A stretch of DNA of 64,000 nucleotides from Methanomassiliicoccaceae archaeon. GTDB lineage: Archaea; Thermoplasmatota; Thermoplasmata; Methanomassiliicoccales; Methanomassiliicoccaceae. Location: positions 1 to 64,000 of the forward strand of contig CAVSJV010000003.1 of NCBI GenBank assembly GCA_963728405.1, given 5' to 3'. Below the pieces are notes generated by a model. The model worked only from the letters and a program-made list of their open reading frames with translations. It had not been told where the DNA came from and did not search any database. Shown one piece after another: positions 42,427 through 54,776 of this stretch. How positions within the stretch are numbered: the first letter of the stretch is position 1; each line of letters starts with the position of its first letter. The position numbers were made by a program, and so were the translations under genes.

Positions 42427-43365
42427 ATGAAAATGGGACTTATCGAGATCGCCGACTCCATCAAGAGCATGGAGATCAGAGGGGCCGGGCTCATCGCCCG
42501 CAGCGCCGCGGACGCGTTGAAGCAGCAGGCCCTCGATTACCAGGGCGGCGACCTCGCCGAGCTGAGGAAGCGGCTCGACACCGGAAAGAGACAGCTCATC
42601 GCCTCCCGTCCCACCGCCATCTCCCTGTGGAACGCGGTACAGGCGACCATGCGCGATGAGTCAGGAGCGAAGAGCGCGGAGGAGCTGCGCTCGTTGGTCG
42701 TTTCGAACGCTGACATGTTCATCGCCCGGTCCAGCAAGGCCGTGGATACGATCGGCAAGATCGGCTCCAAGCGGCTGAAGGACGGCATGACCGTCCTCAC
42801 GCACTGCAACAGCAAGGCCGCGCTCAGCGTCATCAAGGCCGCTCACACCGAAGGTAAGGACATCAAGGCCTACGCCACCGAGTCCCGACCATGGAGGCAG
42901 GGCTTGCTGACGGTGAAGGACCTCTCCGCGGCGGGTGTGCCAGCGACCCTCATCATCGACAGCGCGGTGCGGTGGATCATGAAAGATATCGACGTCGTCT
43001 TCGTCGGCGCCGACACCATCTGCTCGAACGGGGCGCTCATCAATAAGATCGGTACCTCCCAGGTGGCGCTGGCCGCCCACGAGGCCCGGGTACCCTTCGT
43101 CGTCTGCGCGGAGACGTACAAGTTCTCGCCAAAGACCGTTTCCGGCGAACTAGTGGAGATCGAGGAGCGGGAGGCCATGGAAATCGTGGACCCCCGTCAG
43201 TTGCCGCCCGGGGTCCAGGTCAGGAATCCCGTCTTCGACGCCACTCCGGCCGAATATATCGATTCCATCGTCACCGAGATCGGAGTGATCTCGCCGTATG
43301 CCGCTTACGAGGTCATAGTCAAGGAACTAGGACAGGGATCCATCTTTGAAGCTAATGAGGAATGA
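42427..43365 (+). CDS. Ribose-1,5-bisphosphate isomerase (eIF2B-like)
   Basis: MEIRGA, SRPTA, LTHCNS, TESRP, GAD..NKIGT, NPVFD. In an operon with RuBisCO and AMP phosphorylase. Confidence 0.93.
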   Translation: MKMGLIEIADSIKSMEIRGAGLIARSAADALKQQALDYQGGDLAELRKRLDTGKRQLIASRPTAISLWNAVQATMRDESGAKSAEELRSLVVSNADMFIARSSKAVDTIGKIGSKRLKDGMTVLTHCNSKAALSVIKAAHTEGKDIKAYATESRPWRQGLLTVKDLSAAGVPATLIIDSAVRWIMKDIDVVFVGADTICSNGALINKIGTSQVALAAHEARVPFVVCAETYKFSPKTVSGELVEIEEREAMEIVDPRQLPPGVQVRNPVFDATPAEYIDSIVTEIGVISPYAAYEVIVKELGQGSIFEANEE

Positions 43366-44606
43366 ATATGGAATACTCTGAAAAATACCTGCATCTGGGG
43401 GAGAGGATCGATCCCGATGATTATGTCATCTGCAAATACAAGATGGTCACCGACCTGGACATGAAGCTGGCCGCTGCAGCCATAGCCACTGAGCAATCCA
43501 CCGGGACATGGACAGGGATATCCACGCTCAATGATGAGATATTCGAGCGCTACAGCGGGCGGGTCACGGACATCCAGGGCAACATCGCGACCATCGCGTA
43601 CCCCTCCGACGATTTCAGCCTGGACATCGGCGGGGTTCCGCAGATCCTCAGCGTCATCTCCGGGAACCTGTTCGGCCTGGAAGCGCTGAAAGGCGTCCGG
43701 CTGGAGGATGTGTTCTTCCCCCCCAGCATGCTGAAGGAGTTCAAGGGCCCCAAGTTCGGCATCGACGGCATGCGCAAGATGCTGAAACGAGGGGAGAAAC
43801 CCCTGGTCGGAACGATCGTCAAACCGAAGATCGGACTGCCCCCCAAGGGAATGGCCGATTACATCTACGAGGCGGGGATGGGCGGGCTGACCAACGGCAA
43901 GGACGACGAGACCCTCTCGAACCAAAAGTTCTGTCCTCTGGAGGACCGCGTGGTTGCTATCGCCGAAGCGATCGACCGCGTCAAGCACGAGACTGGCCAC
44001 GTCATGATGCATGCCATCAACGTCTCGACCAACGGGGAGAAGATCGTCGAGGTCGCCGAACGCGCCCAGGAGCTGGGGGCGTCGGAGATCATGGTCGACG
44101 TTATCACCTGCGGCTTCGCCGCTGTGCAGGCGCTGGCTGAGGATCCCTCCATCAAGGTACCGATCCACGTCCACCGGACCATGCACGGGGCGATCACCCG
44201 GAACAAGGACCTGGGCGTATCGATGGTGGTGTTCTCCAAGCTGGTCCGCATGTGCGGCGGCGACGCCCTGCACGTCGGTACCTTCGGGGTGGGGAAGATG
44301 AAGGGGAACCCATCCGAGGACCTGGCCAATCAGGAAGCTTGCGTGGGCAAGGAACTTCCCTACAAGCGGGTGATGCCAGTATGCTCCGGGGGCATGCACC
44401 CCGCACTGATCGAGCCCCTGATCAAGATCACCGGGTTCGATGTGCAGATCCAGGCCGGAGGAGGTGTCGCCGGCCATCCCGGCGGCGTGAGGGGCGGGGC
44501 GAAGGCCATGGTACAGGCAGTGGATGCCGCCTTCCAGCGTATGCCGTTCGACGAATACGCCAGGACACACCAGGAACTACGTGAAGCGATGGTAAAGTGG
44601 GGATAG
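43362..44606 (+). CDS. rbcL: Form III-type RuBisCO large subunit
   Basis: EQSTGTW, GNLFG, KPKIG, KDDE, HRTMH, H..GKM, SGG, QAGGG. Confidence 0.9.
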   Translation: MNMEYSEKYLHLGERIDPDDYVICKYKMVTDLDMKLAAAAIATEQSTGTWTGISTLNDEIFERYSGRVTDIQGNIATIAYPSDDFSLDIGGVPQILSVISGNLFGLEALKGVRLEDVFFPPSMLKEFKGPKFGIDGMRKMLKRGEKPLVGTIVKPKIGLPPKGMADYIYEAGMGGLTNGKDDETLSNQKFCPLEDRVVAIAEAIDRVKHETGHVMMHAINVSTNGEKIVEVAERAQELGASEIMVDVITCGFAAVQALAEDPSIKVPIHVHRTMHGAITRNKDLGVSMVVFSKLVRMCGGDALHVGTFGVGKMKGNPSEDLANQEACVGKELPYKRVMPVCSGGMHPALIEPLIKITGFDVQIQAGGGVAGHPGGVRGGAKAMVQAVDAAFQRMPFDEYARTHQELREAMVKWG

Positions 44607-44608
44607 AT

Positions 44609-46175
44609 ATGCAGCTCAAAGCGAAATACATCGACATGGAATCGGCCGAGTACACCTCGGTCCTTCATCGCGAGGACGCCATGGAGATTGGCGTCAGAGA
44701 ACAGGACCGGGTGCGCATCAAGCATGAGCGCAATTCCACCGTGACCCTCGTACAGACGACTGACACCGTGGTCAAGAGGGGCGAGGTCGGCATTCTGGGG
44801 CAGGCGTACAAGGACCTTGGTCCGGAACCCGACGAACTCATCGAAGTGGTGGCGACCTCCAAGCCCGAGTCCATCGATTACATCAAGAAGAAGATGGACG
44901 GGAAGGAGCTGACCACGGCAGAGATCCGCGCCCTGATAAACGACATCGCCAGCCGGAGCCTGAGCAACATCGAGCTCACTGCCTACGTGACCTCGCTGCA
45001 CATCAACGGGATGAACATCCGGGAGACCGCTGACCTGACCCAGGCGATGGTGGAAACGGGGGAAACGATCAAGTTCGACCGGTCACCGGTCTTTGACTTC
45101 CACTCCATCGGCGGCTGCCCGGGGAACAAGATCACCCTGATCGTCGTCCCCATCGTCGCAGCGGCGGGGCTGCTAATTCCAAAGACCTCCTCCCGGGCGA
45201 TCAGCTCGGCGGCAGGGACCTCGGACATCGTGGAGGTGTTCGCCAACATCGATTTCAACGCCAACAAGCTGCGAAGCATCGCCGAAAGCACCGGCGGGGC
45301 GCTGGCCTGGGGGGGTTCGGTGAACCTCGCCCCCGCCGACGACCTGATCATCCGGGTGGAGTACCCCCTGGGCATCGATCCCCACGCCCAACTGCTCGCT
45401 TCGGTCATGAGCAAGAAGAAGGCGGTGGGAGCGGAGTTCCTGGTCATCGACATCCCGGTCGGGGCGGGGACCAAGGTACCCACGATGGATAAGGCCCAGG
45501 CCTACGCCAAGGACTTCGTGGAGCTTGGAGAAAGACTGGGCATGCACGTGGAGTGTGCCATAACCTACGGAGAACAGCCGGTCGGGAGGGCCATCGGCCC
45601 GGCGCTTGAAGCGCGGGAAGCGATCGCCATCCTGGAAGGCAGCCTGCATCCTAGCAGCGTCATCGAGAAATCGTGCGGCATGGCCGGCATGCTCCTGGAC
45701 ATGGGAGGCATCAAGCGGGGCGAAGCGAGGGCCAGAGAGATCCTGATGTCGGGCAAGGCCCTTGACAAGTTCCGGGAGATCGTGGCCGCCCAGGGCGGCA
45801 ACGCCGATATCAAGTCCGAGCGACATCCAGATCGGGAAATACACCTACGATATCACCTCGAAGATGTGCGGCTACGTCAACGGCATCAAGAACAAGGAAC
45901 TGGTGCAACTGGCACGGGCCGCCGGGGCGCCGAAGGACAAAGGAGCGGGGGTGCTGCTCCATAAGAAGCGCGGCAACCGCGTCGACGATGGGGAGCCGGT
46001 GCTCACCATCTACGCCGACAACAAGGCCAAGCTGGAGCAATCGATCGAGCTTTCCCGCAAGTTCAACCCGGTGACCGTGGAGGGCATGATCCTGGCCAAG
46101 CTGCCCTATGTCAGCAGCACCACGATCATCGAACGGACTTTCTGTCCTGGACCATCAACGCCTCAGGGAGAGTAA
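44609..46175 (+). CDS. AMP phosphorylase (indel near 45820)
   Basis: HSIGGCPGNK, PKTSSRAISSAAGT, SVMSKK, GPALEARE; C-terminal ARAAGAPKDKGAG in the shifted frame. Confidence 0.93.
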
Positions 46176-46872
46176 GCTCTCCCTTGGCCACCGCCTTGGC
46201 AAGTTCCGAGGAGATGGTCACGCGCCCTCCGCTCTCGATGCGGCTGATGCGTTGAATGTTCTTTACCTCGCCGAGGGTCGGCTGCACCTCCGGCGGGAAG
46301 GGCATTCGATAACCGGACCCCAGGGCGATGGACACGGCGGCGTCGGCGTCCGGTTCTTCCGTCCGCCGGGTCGTGTTCGTCTCGTCGACCACCTCGATAT
46401 CGTCCACTGAGTTCCAGATCGACCGAATGATGCGGTTGCGATTGGTGCGATCGCCGTGACCGACCTTGGCAATAAGGCGGACGTGACGAAAGCAGCGTCG
46501 GAAGCGGGCGATCTCATCGACCACTCCCTCCGGTGAGCCTACCGTTTCGGCGATGAGCACGCGGCCGTCCCCGATGATGGCCACCCCCGGCCGCACCCCC
46601 GGATCGACGCCCACGACCAACGTCTGGAAGGCTTCCCGTCCCTTCAGCTGGGACCGGGCCATCTCTAGGGCGATGTCGGGTTGGTCGTTCGACACCACCT
46701 TGCGAAAACGGACCAGGGAGCGCTCCTCCCGAGTAGTGATGATGACCCCTACTGTCTCCGGGACATCGTCACCGAAGTCCAAGGCCACGAAGTGCTCCTT
46801 GTGCCCCTTGAGCAGCTGGACCAGCTCGTAGAAGAACCGGAAATTCTTGGTCATTATCCCTATGACCTTCAT
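46126..46872 (-). CDS. Conserved hypothetical protein with RNase H-fold signature
   Basis: LVVGVDPG..GVAII, KVGHG, VVDE..T, DADAA. Confidence 0.7.
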   Translation of the reverse strand: MKVIGIMTKNFRFFYELVQLLKGHKEHFVALDFGDDVPETVGVIITTREERSLVRFRKVVSNDQPDIALEMARSQLKGREAFQTLVVGVDPGVRPGVAIIGDGRVLIAETVGSPEGVVDEIARFRRCFRHVRLIAKVGHGDRTNRNRIIRSIWNSVDDIEVVDETNTTRRTEEPDADAAVSIALGSGYRMPFPPEVQPTLGEVKNIQRISRIESGGRVTISSELAKAVAKGELTLPEALMVQDRKSVR

Positions 46873-47055
46873 CTAGCAAATGGATGCGGAGGCCAGAGCT
46901 TAACCCTTTGCCCCTGCAACTTTATTGACCGTCCTCACCCGATCGCCAGGTAGCTAGCCCATGATCTGCTCTGGCCGTTTGGTCAAGGATATATAGGGTC
47001 GGTCCGTCCCAGGAAACGGCCTATGAGGCTTGGTCGGTGTCGCCTCGTGCGCTCC

Positions 47056-49542
47056 TTATCGCTTGAGGAATATTCCGCGGTGATTGATCAGATTGTACAC
47101 TCGGACCTTCACCCAGTCCATCACTATGAGCTCCTCGATCAAAGCATAGATCCAGATGAATATGGCCAGGGCCCAGCCCAAGGGGGCCATCCCCAGACCA
47201 TAGACGACTATCAGGGTGGCGATAACTTTGGTGATTATGGTCGACCACAGCAGATAGTTGCCTGGACAGTACGGTCCAGAATCGGCCCTTGGTGCGGGAT
47301 ACGAATATGGTCAGGTGACCGGCCACGGTCAGCTTAAGGAAGATGAACGACTGGATCAGGACGATGTCCAGGTTGAACGTGAAGAGCGCTATGTAAAGAA
47401 TGAGGAACGTGGCGAGAACCCCCACCCAGCCGATGATGGTGGCCATGGTGATGATCTCCCTCATGTTCCAACGCTCGGGCTTGTTCGAGTACAGCACGTT
47501 GTCATAAGCTATGGTCATGATGGGGATGTCGTTGAGGATGGCCAGAAGGACGATCATCAGCGCAGTGATAGGGAAGAAGTTGAAGGCAAGGATCGTAATG
47601 GACACGAAGAACAGCACCCGAATGGTCTCGGCGATCCTGTATATCGAGTAATTATTCATCCTCTGAAATATTTTCCTGCTCTCCTTGAAAGCGTCGATTA
47701 TCACCGAGAGGCCTGGCCTTGTGAGCACGATGTCCGCGGCCGATTTGGCCGCGTCAGTGGCTCCGGCCACGGCCACCCCCACGTCCGCCTTCTTGAGCGC
47801 CGGGGCGTCGTTGACCCCGTCGCCGGTCATGCCCACAATGTGATCTTTGGATTGTAACAGCTCGACGATGCGATACTTGTGCTCCGGAAAGACCTGAGCG
47901 AAGCCATCGGTCTGCTCCACCACCTTTTCGGCCGCGGCATCCGGGACGTTCTGAATCGCCTCCGCGGTTATGATATGGGTGCCGAGGCCCACCTTTTTGG
48001 CGATCTCCTTAGCGATGGAGGTGTGGTCCCCCGTGACCATCTTGATGTCTACTCCCATGTCCTCCGCGGTCCTGATGGTCTCTGCTGAATCCTCTCTAGG
48101 TGGGTCCTGGAGAGCCAGGAGACCGCTGTACTGCCATCTCCCTTGGGCGTCGGTACGGGCCACCCCCAGGGACCGGCCTCCCTTGGAGGCGAACGCTCTC
48201 CACCCGCTGGTCGATGGTCCCCTTCATCTCCTCCTTGTTCTCCATGAGGTCGAGGATCACCTGGGGCGCACCCTTGGCAACCATATACTGCTCACCCTTC
48301 TCGTCCTGCACGGTGGCCTCGGCCCGCTTGGACACTGGGTCGAAGGGATGGAACCTAACCACCTTGAACCGAGGGATGACCTGCTTAAGATGATCGTTCT
48401 CCTCGGCCCTGGCCAGCACGGCATCGTCGATAGCGTCATTGTTGTCCTTCTTAGAGGTTAGAGCGGCCAGTAGGAGCACGTCCTCTTCCGTGTGATCGTC
48501 CAGCGGGGCTATGATCGACAAGGTCAGCTCGTTCTTGGTAATGGTGCCGGTCTTGTCCGAGCACAGCACATCCACCCCGGCCATCTCCTCGATGGCCACC
48601 AATTTGCTGACGATTGCTTCCTTCTTGGCCAAGGCCACGGCCCCCACGGCCATCGTTATGGAGAGCACGGCAGGGAGGGCTGCCGGAATGGCCGCTACGA
48701 TAAGTACCAGCGCGAACTGGAGGGTTTCCAGGAGGGGCTGTTGCCGGAACAGGGAGGTGATGATGACGATGGCCACAAGGGAGATGGCCAGGACGATGAG
48801 GTAGTCGCCGATCTTGACCACCGCGGTCTGGAAATGGCTCTTGGTCCTCGCCTCTTCCACCAGCTTGGCCGTTTTACCGAAGAAGGTGTTCAATCCGGTT
48901 GAGACCACCAGCCCTTCCATCTCTCCCTGCTTGATTATGGAACTGGAGTAGGCCACATCCCCCTCGTGCTTCTCTACTGGCAGTGATTCGCCGGTGAGGG
49001 CTGACTCATCGACCTGGAGATAATCGCCCTCGACCAGTTTTATGTCGGCCGGCGTGACGTCGCCCAGGTGGACCCTGATCACATCTCCCGGGACCAGCTC
49101 TTTGGCCGATTCCTTTTTCCATTGGCCGTCGCGAAAGACCCTGGTCTCCAGGGCCAGGCGTTTCTTGAGCATCGCAATGGCCGTGTCGGCCTTCCTTTCC
49201 TGCCAGAATCCCACCACAGCATTGAGGATCAGCAGCAGCAGGATCACCGAGAAGTCCTCCCATCTCTGGAGGGCGGCCGATATGATCACTGCGACCTCGA
49301 TCATCCAGGGAATAGGGCCCCAGAAGTGGACAAAGAACTTGGTCAGAGGGCTGACCTTCTTCTCGGTGATCTCGTTGGGGCCGTACTCCTGTATCCTCCT
49401 CTTGGCCTCCTCGGCGGAGAAGACCTTTCTTGCTGGATGATAGCCGGTCGAAGAGATCTGCGATACTGGAGGACTTGGCCTCATCCATGGTCACCGGGCG
49501 GTGGCCCTGTGGAGAGTCCCTTGGTTCCATGGTGATATCCAT
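47056..49542 (-). CDS. Plasma-membrane H+-efflux P-type ATPase (P3A); three apparent indels
   Basis: YGPNE, FWGPIPWMIE, TGES, IPAALP, CSDKTGT, KGAPQ, DPPR, TGDGVNDAPALK, ILND. Confidence 0.92.
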
Positions 49543-49821
49543 CTTACCGCGTTTTATTTATAGTACGCTCGTGGCCATCTTGAACGCCGATGGGGCCGTA
49601 CTACATTCTGATGGCAGACCGTGGCCTGCCCCCGTCCTTTCCTTACCGACATTTCTTCGTCCATTGTGGGACCGCCTGGACCAAGGAGACCGTTCCGGCA
49701 GGAGGCGAAGGAGCCGCTCTCGTTTATCGGTCGATGATTCTGCCCCGTCTGCCTTTGCCTTTTCCACCATATCAATGCGAGGATGGATAGAGCGCGCATA
49801 GCTCACGCTTCACTTGGATGC

Positions 49822-51060
49822 TCAACTTGCCTCGCCCACATTGCTCTCGGCCACTCCATCGTAGGAGGAGGTGGTGACCTTTCCCAGGTAGGTGAAGCCG
49901 ATGGCGCTGACCATGGCGATGAGCGCGATGCCACCCCACAGCGCCACCGGATCGGCATGCAGGCCGTCGTACATCAGCCCACCCAGGGCCAGGCCCAGAG
50001 ACCAGCCGAAGGAGCTGAAGATGCCGAACGCCCCCATGTACCGGCCACGCTCGTTCTCTGGGCTCATCTTGGCGACCATGCTCATGCTCGACGGGGAGGT
50101 GGTGTTCTCCCCCAGCGTGGTGATCATCATCGACAGCACCAACAGCCAGATGCTGGCAGCGAACCCCACGAGGAGGTAGCCCACCGCGTACATCACCGCC
50201 CCGGCGGCGAGGACGTAGGACATGCGGAAGTGCGAGATGTAGCGGGCCATGGGGAACTGCAGGAACACCACCATGAGGCCGTTGAGAGCGTAGAGGTAAC
50301 CGATCTCGGCCTCGGCGATGCCGATGTCCTTGACGCTGAACACCGAGAAGGTCGAGGACATCTGGCCAATGACGATGGCCAGGGGCAGCGATGACAGACA
50401 GAACAGCAGGAACAGCTTGTTGTGCCAGATGTTCATCAGGTCCCGGGGATGGAACTTGTCCCGCGGGCCGGCCGAGCGGGCCGGGTCGGCCACCAAGAGA
50501 TAGATGACCGCGGCCGCAGCGATGCTGGCGAGGGCGGCCACCAGGAAGAGCGTGGAGAAGGGCAGGAACAGGAGCATGATGCCCGAGATCAGGGGACCGA
50601 GGGTCCAGCCAATGTTCTGGCCCACCCGAAGCAAGGAGTACGCCTCCATCCGCCGGCCGGGGCCGACGATATCGGCCACCATGGCGTTGGAGGCCGGCTC
50701 GAACAGGGAGCCCAGGAGCGAGGAGACGAGCAACAGGACGGCAAGAAGCCACAGGTCCCCCACCCACCAGGGTCAGGAACAACAGGAAGAAGGTCAGGCC
50801 GCGAAAGCCCATGGACGCGTACATGACCGGTCGGCGGCCCAGCCGGTCGGCCAACTCCCCACCGGCGATCTGGCCGAAGGCCCCGGCCACGGCCATCCCC
50901 AGGAACAGCAGGCCCGCCAGGCCCATGGAGATCCCCGTGACCAGAACGAGGTGGATGGCCAGGAAGGGCATGACGATGGAGAACCAGTGGCTGAGATCAC
51001 CCGGCCGCCGCACAGGACCCAGACCCGCCGGTCCAGCCCTTCGAAGAACCCATCCCCCAC
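49822..51060 (-). CDS. MFS transporter (two apparent indels)
   Basis: GELADRLGRRPVM motif A and multiple TM segments across three overlapping ORFs. Confidence 0.88.
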
Positions 51061-51129
51061 ACCGCTTCCGCTCAGGCCGAGAAAATCCTAGGGGCTAATC
51101 CATGCTTTCCTGTCGCATGATGGCAGGGC

Positions 51130-52256
51130 TCAATGCTTCTTCTTGAACTTGCCCAGGAAGCTCTTGTCCTCCGCTTCCAGCTCGGCGAACCGCTTCAGGA
51201 TCTCCTTCTGCTCCTGGTTGAGCTTCTCGGGGACCCGGATCTTCACCCGGACGTACTGGTCGCCCCGGGAGGAGGTCTGCAGGATGGGCATGCCCGAGCC
51301 CTTCAGCCGGAAGACGGTGTCCGATTGCGTACCGGCCGGGAGCACGACCTTGGCCTTGCGGTCCAGGGTAGGGATCTCGATGTCCGCTCCCAACGCCGCC
51401 TGCGCGAAGGTGACCTGGAAATCCATGAACAGGTCCGGTCCCTCCCGCTTGTAGGTCTCGTGGGGCTTGACGTGCATGACCACGTACAGGTCGCCATTCG
51501 GCTCGCCCGGCTGGCCGGCCTCTCCCGCGCCCTGGACCCGGAGGCGGGAGCCCGTCTCGACCCCCGGAGGGATGTCGATGTCGATGTGCGAGGTCCTCTG
51601 GACCTTGCCCCGGCCCTCGCAGTCGGGGCAGGCATTGGCCGAGGAGCGGCCGGTACCCCGGCAGCGGCGGCACGGGCCGACCTGAACGAACTGACTGTAA
51701 CCCGCGGGTCTGCACCACGCGTACCTGTCCGGTCCCACCGCATTCCTGGCATTGACTTATCTTCCCGTCCTTGGAGCCAGATGCCCTTGCACTTGGGGCA
51801 GTTGTCGAACTTGGGGACGGTTATGCGCCTCTTGGCCCCTTGAACGCATCCTCCAGTGAGATCTCGATGTCCATGCGCGCGTCCCTTCCCCCGGAGCGCT
51901 GCTGGCGGCCGCCGAAGAACATGTCGAAGATGTTGCCGAACCCGCCTCCCGTCGCCGCCGAAGATGTCCCTGATGTCCCCGGCGTGGGAGAAGTCGTTCC
52001 AGTTGAACGAACCGTCCTGGAATTGGGCATTGACGCCAGCGTGGCCATACTGATCGTAGAGCTTTCTCTTTTTCTCATCGACCAACACCTCGTACGCCTC
52101 GGACATTTCCTTGAAGCGCTCCTCGGCGACCTTGCTGTCCTCCTTGGTGACGTCGGGGTGGTATTGCATTGCCAGTTTGCGATACGACTTCTTGATGTCC
52201 TCGACGCTCGCATCCTTGGCAACGCCTAGTACCTCGTAATAGTCCCGCTGGGTCAT
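51130..52256 (-). CDS. dnaJ: Chaperone DnaJ (several apparent indels)
   Basis: [12 protein letters not shown], CxxCxGxG repeats, GDLYV, GDQYV. Confidence 0.95.
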
Positions 52257-52274
52257 GATGCTCTTCCCGAAGTC

Positions 52275-54152
52275 TCAGTCCACTATATGATAGTCGGCAT
52301 CGGTGAAGTCGCCCTTACCGCCCTGGTCCTTCTTCTCATCGCTGGGCGGCGCCTGCTGCTGCGCCTCCTGCTGCGCTTGTTGCTGCGCCTGCTGCTGAGA
52401 GGCGGCCGCGGCCTGGTAGATGCGCGTCGATACGGCCGACATCTCCTTCATGAGGGCGTCGACCTTGGCCTTGATCGCGGCGAGGTCGTCGGACTTCATC
52501 GCTTCCTTGACCTCTTCGCTGGCCTTCTGGACCTTCTCCCGCTCCTCGGCCGTCACCTTGTCGCCGAGCTCGATGAGGGTCTTCTCGGTCGTGTAGACGA
52601 GGGTATCCGCCTGGTTAAGGACCTCGACCTTCTCCTTGCGCTTCTTGTCCTCCTCGGAGAACTGCTCGGCCTGGTGGACCATCTTGGAGATGTCATCCTT
52701 GGACAGTTTGTTGGTGGCGGTGATGGTGATCTTCTGCTCCTTACCGGTGCCGAGATCCTTGGCCGAGACGGAGATTATGCCGTTGGCGTCGATGTCGTAG
52801 GTGACCTCGATCTGCGGGATGCCCCTCGGAGCGGGCGGGATGCCGGTCAGCTGGAACTTGCCTAGCGAGACGTTGTCGACGGCCATCTCCCGCTCTCCCT
52901 GCACGATGTGGATCTCCACGCTGGACTGGTAGTCGGCAGCGGTGGAGAACACCTGGGACTTGCGGGTGGGGATCGTGGTGTTCCGCTCGATCAGCTTGGT
53001 CGCGATGCCGCCGAGCGTCTCGACGCTAAGCGACAGGGGGGTGACATCAAGGAGGAGGATGTCCTTGACCTCTCCGGACAGGACCGCCGCCTGGATGGCC
53101 GCCCCCATGGCCACACACTCCATGGGGTCGATGCCCTTCTGGATCTTCTTCCCGACCAGGGTCTCGACGAACCTCTGCACGATGGGCATGCGGGTCGGGC
53201 CGCCCACGAGAATGACGTTATCGATCTGCTCAGGAGTGAGCTTGGCGTCCCGCATGGCATTGGTCATGGGGGCCTTGCACCGCTCCACGATCGGGCTGAC
53301 CAGCTCCTCGAGCTTAGCCCGGGTGATGCTTATGGCCAGATGCTTCGGTCCGTTCTGGTCGGCGGTGATGAAGGGGAGGTTGATCTCGGTGGACATGGTG
53401 GAGGTAAGCTCGATCTTGGCCTTTTCCGATGCTTCCCGTACCCGCCACATGGCCATCTTGTCCGTGGACAGGTCGACGCCGCTCTCCTTCTTGAACTGGC
53501 CAGCGACGAAGTTGATGAGCGCCTGGTCCATGTCGGTGCCGCCCAGCTGGGTATCGCCGGACGTGGAGATGACCTCGAATACGCCCTCTGAGAACTCCAT
53601 TATGGTTACGTCGAGCGTACCGCCGCCCAGGTCGAACACCAGGATCTTCTGGGCCTGCTTTGCGTTGTCGAGACCGTACGCCAGCGCCGCAGCGGTCGGT
53701 TCGTTAATGATCCTGACGACCTCCAGGCCGGCTATGGAGCCGGCATCCTTGGTCGCCTGTCTCTGATTGTCGTTGAAGTACGCGGGAACGGTGATGACCG
53801 CCTTGCTTACGGTCTCCCCGAGGAAAGCCTCGGCGTCCCGCTTGATCTTTTGCAGGATGAACGCCGAGACCTGCTGGGGGGTGTACTCCTTGCCGTGAAC
53901 CCTGAACTTATGGTCGGTGCCCATCTTCCGCTTGGCCGCGGCGATCGTTCCTTCAGGATTGGTGACGGCTTGCCGTCGGGCCGGCTCGCCGACCAATAGC
54001 TCGCCTTCCTTGGTGAGCGCCACATATGATGGGAAAGCCTTCCCTCCGATGCTCGTACCTTCCGCGCTGGGAATGATGGTCGGCCTGCCGCCTTCCATTA
54101 CCGCGGCCGCGGAGTTGCTTGTACCTAGGTCTATTCCGATGATCTTAGCCAT
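52275..54152 (-). CDS. dnaK: Chaperone DnaK
   Basis: [52 protein letters not shown]. Confidence 0.98.
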   Translation of the reverse strand: MAKIIGIDLGTSNSAAAVMEGGRPTIIPSAEGTSIGGKAFPSYVALTKEGELLVGEPARRQAVTNPEGTIAAAKRKMGTDHKFRVHGKEYTPQQVSAFILQKIKRDAEAFLGETVSKAVITVPAYFNDNQRQATKDAGSIAGLEVVRIINEPTAAALAYGLDNAKQAQKILVFDLGGGTLDVTIMEFSEGVFEVISTSGDTQLGGTDMDQALINFVAGQFKKESGVDLSTDKMAMWRVREASEKAKIELTSTMSTEINLPFITADQNGPKHLAISITRAKLEELVSPIVERCKAPMTNAMRDAKLTPEQIDNVILVGGPTRMPIVQRFVETLVGKKIQKGIDPMECVAMGAAIQAAVLSGEVKDILLLDVTPLSLSVETLGGIATKLIERNTTIPTRKSQVFSTAADYQSSVEIHIVQGEREMAVDNVSLGKFQLTGIPPAPRGIPQIEVTYDIDANGIISVSAKDLGTGKEQKITITATNKLSKDDISKMVHQAEQFSEEDKKRKEKVEVLNQADTLVYTTEKTLIELGDKVTAEEREKVQKASEEVKEAMKSDDLAAIKAKVDALMKEMSAVSTRIYQAAAASQQQAQQQAQQEAQQQAPPSDEKKDQGGKGDFTDADYHIVD

Positions 54153-54690
54153 TGTTACCACCTGTGCTCTTTGCTACCTTGACCTTGGAGCACCTCAGCA
54201 CCTTGTCGCCGAGGTAATACCCCTTCTGATATGTCTCTAGGATCTTGCCATCCTCTCCCTCCCCCACCGCGAACGCTTCGTGCACGGAGGGGTCGAACTT
54301 GCCGTCCGAGGGTATCTCCCTCAGCCCGTAGTCCTTTAGGAGGGACGATAGGTTATCGTGAATCTTGGTGATGCCGGACCGCAGCTCGTCTTCAGAGCAT
54401 TTCGCGGTCACGGCGCGCTCGAAATCGTCCATGACCAATAGCAGGTCGGACAGGAGCTTGTGGTTGGCGCATTTGATCGTTTCCTCGCGTTCCCTCAAGC
54501 TCCGTTTCTTATAATTCTCGAACTCCGCCTGGATCCGGCGAGCAGCATCCAGATAATCGGCGACCAGGGCCGCCAGCTTCTCGTTCTGCTTCCGCTCGGC
54601 CTGAAGCTGGTCGCGCAGCACGGAGAGCTGATTTTCAAGGTCACTATCGGCCGTTTCCCTGTCCTGCCCAGACCCTTCCGCCTTCTCCAT
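54145..54690 (-). CDS. grpE: Nucleotide exchange factor GrpE
   Basis: [28 protein letters not shown]. Confidence 0.95.
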   Translation of the reverse strand: MEKAEGSGQDRETADSDLENQLSVLRDQLQAERKQNEKLAALVADYLDAARRIQAEFENYKKRSLREREETIKCANHKLLSDLLLVMDDFERAVTAKCSEDELRSGITKIHDNLSSLLKDYGLREIPSDGKFDPSVHEAFAVGEGEDGKILETYQKGYYLGDKVLRCSKVKVAKSTGGNNG

Positions 54691-54776
54691 GCGTCCACCT
54701 TCCTTCGGAGCGTGAGTCGATTTAGTGAGAAATGCTAAAACGTTTGGATGGGGGGGCCTAAGCCCCCCTAAGGGTT

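Noticed and set aside
41010-44570. Long antisense ORFs (41010-42266, 43305-44570; similarly 23530-24495, 52942-53766)
   Set aside because: Shadow ORFs opposite well-supported GC-rich genes, with no recognisable motifs.
49554-49806. Short ORFs between the P-type ATPase and the MFS gene
   Set aside because: No motif or RBS support; cannot be distinguished from intergenic sequence.
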